A stretch of 64,000 bases of DNA from Lama glama (Eukaryota), in the NCBI GenBank assembly GCA_028534125.1, contig CM052816.1, positions 91,266,001 to 91,330,000 of the forward strand, written 5' to 3'. The notes beneath the pieces were generated by a model, which saw only the letters and a list, made by a program, of their open reading frames with translations, did no database searches and had not been told where the DNA came from. Below, one piece after another: positions 62,386-64,000 of this stretch; positions within the stretch are counted from its first letter, which is position 1, and each line of letters opens with the position of its first letter. Both the position numbers and the translations under genes were made by a program.

Positions 62386-63109
62386 TAAATGGGGAAGGAA
62401 ATAAACAAGAGACTTTCAGTTAAATATGTAGACTTGATTACACATGTGCAAACAATTCTGCCCTTCCAAAACCTTACTAAGATGACAATTATAGAGCTTT
62501 TGGAAAGGCAAAAAGCTCAGAGGATAAAAAGAAAAGGCGTAAAGGGAATAGCAACATAATTTTGGGAACTAGAAAGGAAATGAGCAAGTGGTAACTGAAT
62601 TAGCAATGCAGAAGAAATTGAAATATAAATCGGAGAGGGAAAGCCAAGTCAGGTTTTATCACAAAAGTCCAGAAATGGACATTTTTGGAAATGGAAAGTA
62701 CTGCATACCTCTGAAAATGGGGTTTGCGTGGGACTGAAGACAGATAGATTGTCTACAAGTACTTATATGTTATAAGCAGTTACCCCCAGGTCTCTTTTCT
62801 TCTTCCATTTTAATCCTGATTCTAGCTCCTCCTACCTGGCAGAAGACTTGAGGATTATTCTATGAAGAATTTGAAGCAGGAAATTCAGGCTTGGGAATTT
62901 CTGGCTGATGGTGGAGATACTGAAAACAAGGGCATTTAATGAAACATGACATACTTCATGGGAACAGTTCAATCTCCTGTCCCCTTTTCAATACTGGGAT
63001 CCAGAATTCTTGCACCTAGATGTATATCTCTGAGAAAGAGAAAAGCAACCCCGTATCGCTGACAGCTGGCCTGGCAGGACCAGCTAGCTGTTGGTGTGGC
63101 CAGGAGCCA

Positions 63110-63760
63110 GGACAGGCTGCACAGTGTGTGGCTAGAGCAGTCACACAGGACCCACCACACAGAAAGACCCCGCGCCTGGGGTTTCCTGCTCTGCAATTGC
63201 TGTCTTGAAATTCTTAATTCTTTTTTTTAAAGATGACTTTTATTTTAATGGAGGTACTGGGGATTGGACCCAGGACCTCATGCATGCTAATCACGTGCTC
63301 TACCACTGAGCCCTACCCACCCCCTCTTAATTCTTAATTCATTTGAATCTGTGCTTGTAAACGAAGCCTATGGGCCAAGGAAGCATGCACCATGGGCTTG
63401 GAGCCTCAGCTCAGGAGTGAGTCCACATTCTAACAGGTTTCGGACCTGCCTCCTCAAAGCCAATTCTCCTGAGCCCCTATGTCCCACTCACCCCGCCCCT
63501 CCAAGTACCTTCCCTCAGGTACCGCTGCCCTCTGCCTGGGACTGAATTCCATGGGTCAGCTGGGGGAGGCCGCACTCCAGCCCAGCAGGGCCCTGGGCAC
63601 ACACAGGGGAGGGTCAAGTTCAGGCAAGATACCCTGGCAGCCAGTGCCAAGAAGTGTTTGATAGGTGGCTTTGCAGAATCTTTTACTTACTCCCCATCCA
63701 GGTACCACAGGCACAGAAGTGCAAGCAACTGGAGAGGGTGGGGAGTGCCGGGTGGTGGGG
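63110..63760. mobile_element. hAT-Tip100 element (MER91/MER115/Zaphod-related), interrupted by a SINE
   Basis: gcagtcacacagg...gaccccgcgcctggg...tgctctgc...gtcttgaaattcttaat...gggcttggagcctc. Confidence 0.55.
63223..63324 (-). mobile_element. tRNA-Ala-derived camelid SINE (vic-1 type, short form)
   Basis: Minus strand reads GGGGTGGGTAGGGCTCAGTGGTAGAGCACGTGATTAGCATGCATGAGGTCCTGGGTCCAATCCCCAGTACCTCC plus A tail; TSD tcttaattctt at 63212-63222 and 63325-63335. Confidence 0.92.
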
Positions 63761-64000
63761 CATGGCTGCTGTAGGCTGTGCCTTATTTTCTTATTTAGCT
63801 ATTTCAGAAAACGCAGTGTCCTAAATAGAACCAGAGATGATGCTGTCAGGGCTCTCTTTTATGTTCATTAAAATGTGAAAGGGGGAGGCAAAGACTGTTT
63901 GTCCTTATGAGTGACCATAGTAAGGGAAGTTCAGAACACCAGAACAGAAGTCAGACTTGTGATCAGACATGGAAAGCTGGGTTGATTCCTTGCCAGATTC

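Noticed and set aside
1..64000. CRISPR array, operon or other prokaryote-type system
   Set aside because: The sequence is clearly mammalian (L1, L2, MIR, MaLR, SINE); there are no regularly spaced repeats or gene-dense segments.

Overview
Mammalian non-coding DNA, most likely camelid: two tRNA-Ala-derived vic-1-type SINEs and cetartiodactyl-style L1 3' ends are present. It looks intergenic or deep-intronic. I recognise no protein-coding gene, RNA gene, CpG island or CRISPR array. The ORF track is made up of chance ORFs and degraded L1, L2 and CR1 frames. By eye, roughly half the window is transposon-derived: young truncated L1s with readable target-site duplications (TSDs), one nested in another; solo ERV and MaLR LTRs; hAT fossils, two with recognisable transposase C-termini; and L2, MIR and CR1. 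The most notable non-routine structure is a diverged ~265-bp inverted duplication (19980-20244 vs 22112-22508) that was later hit by a tiny L1. Others are a probable L1-associated deletion, a tail-only retro-insertion, a diverged tandem duplication, an E-box-N9-GATA/ETS motif cluster and a few candidate minus-strand exons. I could not support a new biological system. Repeat family names come from recalled consensus similarity, not a database search, and most boundaries are approximate.
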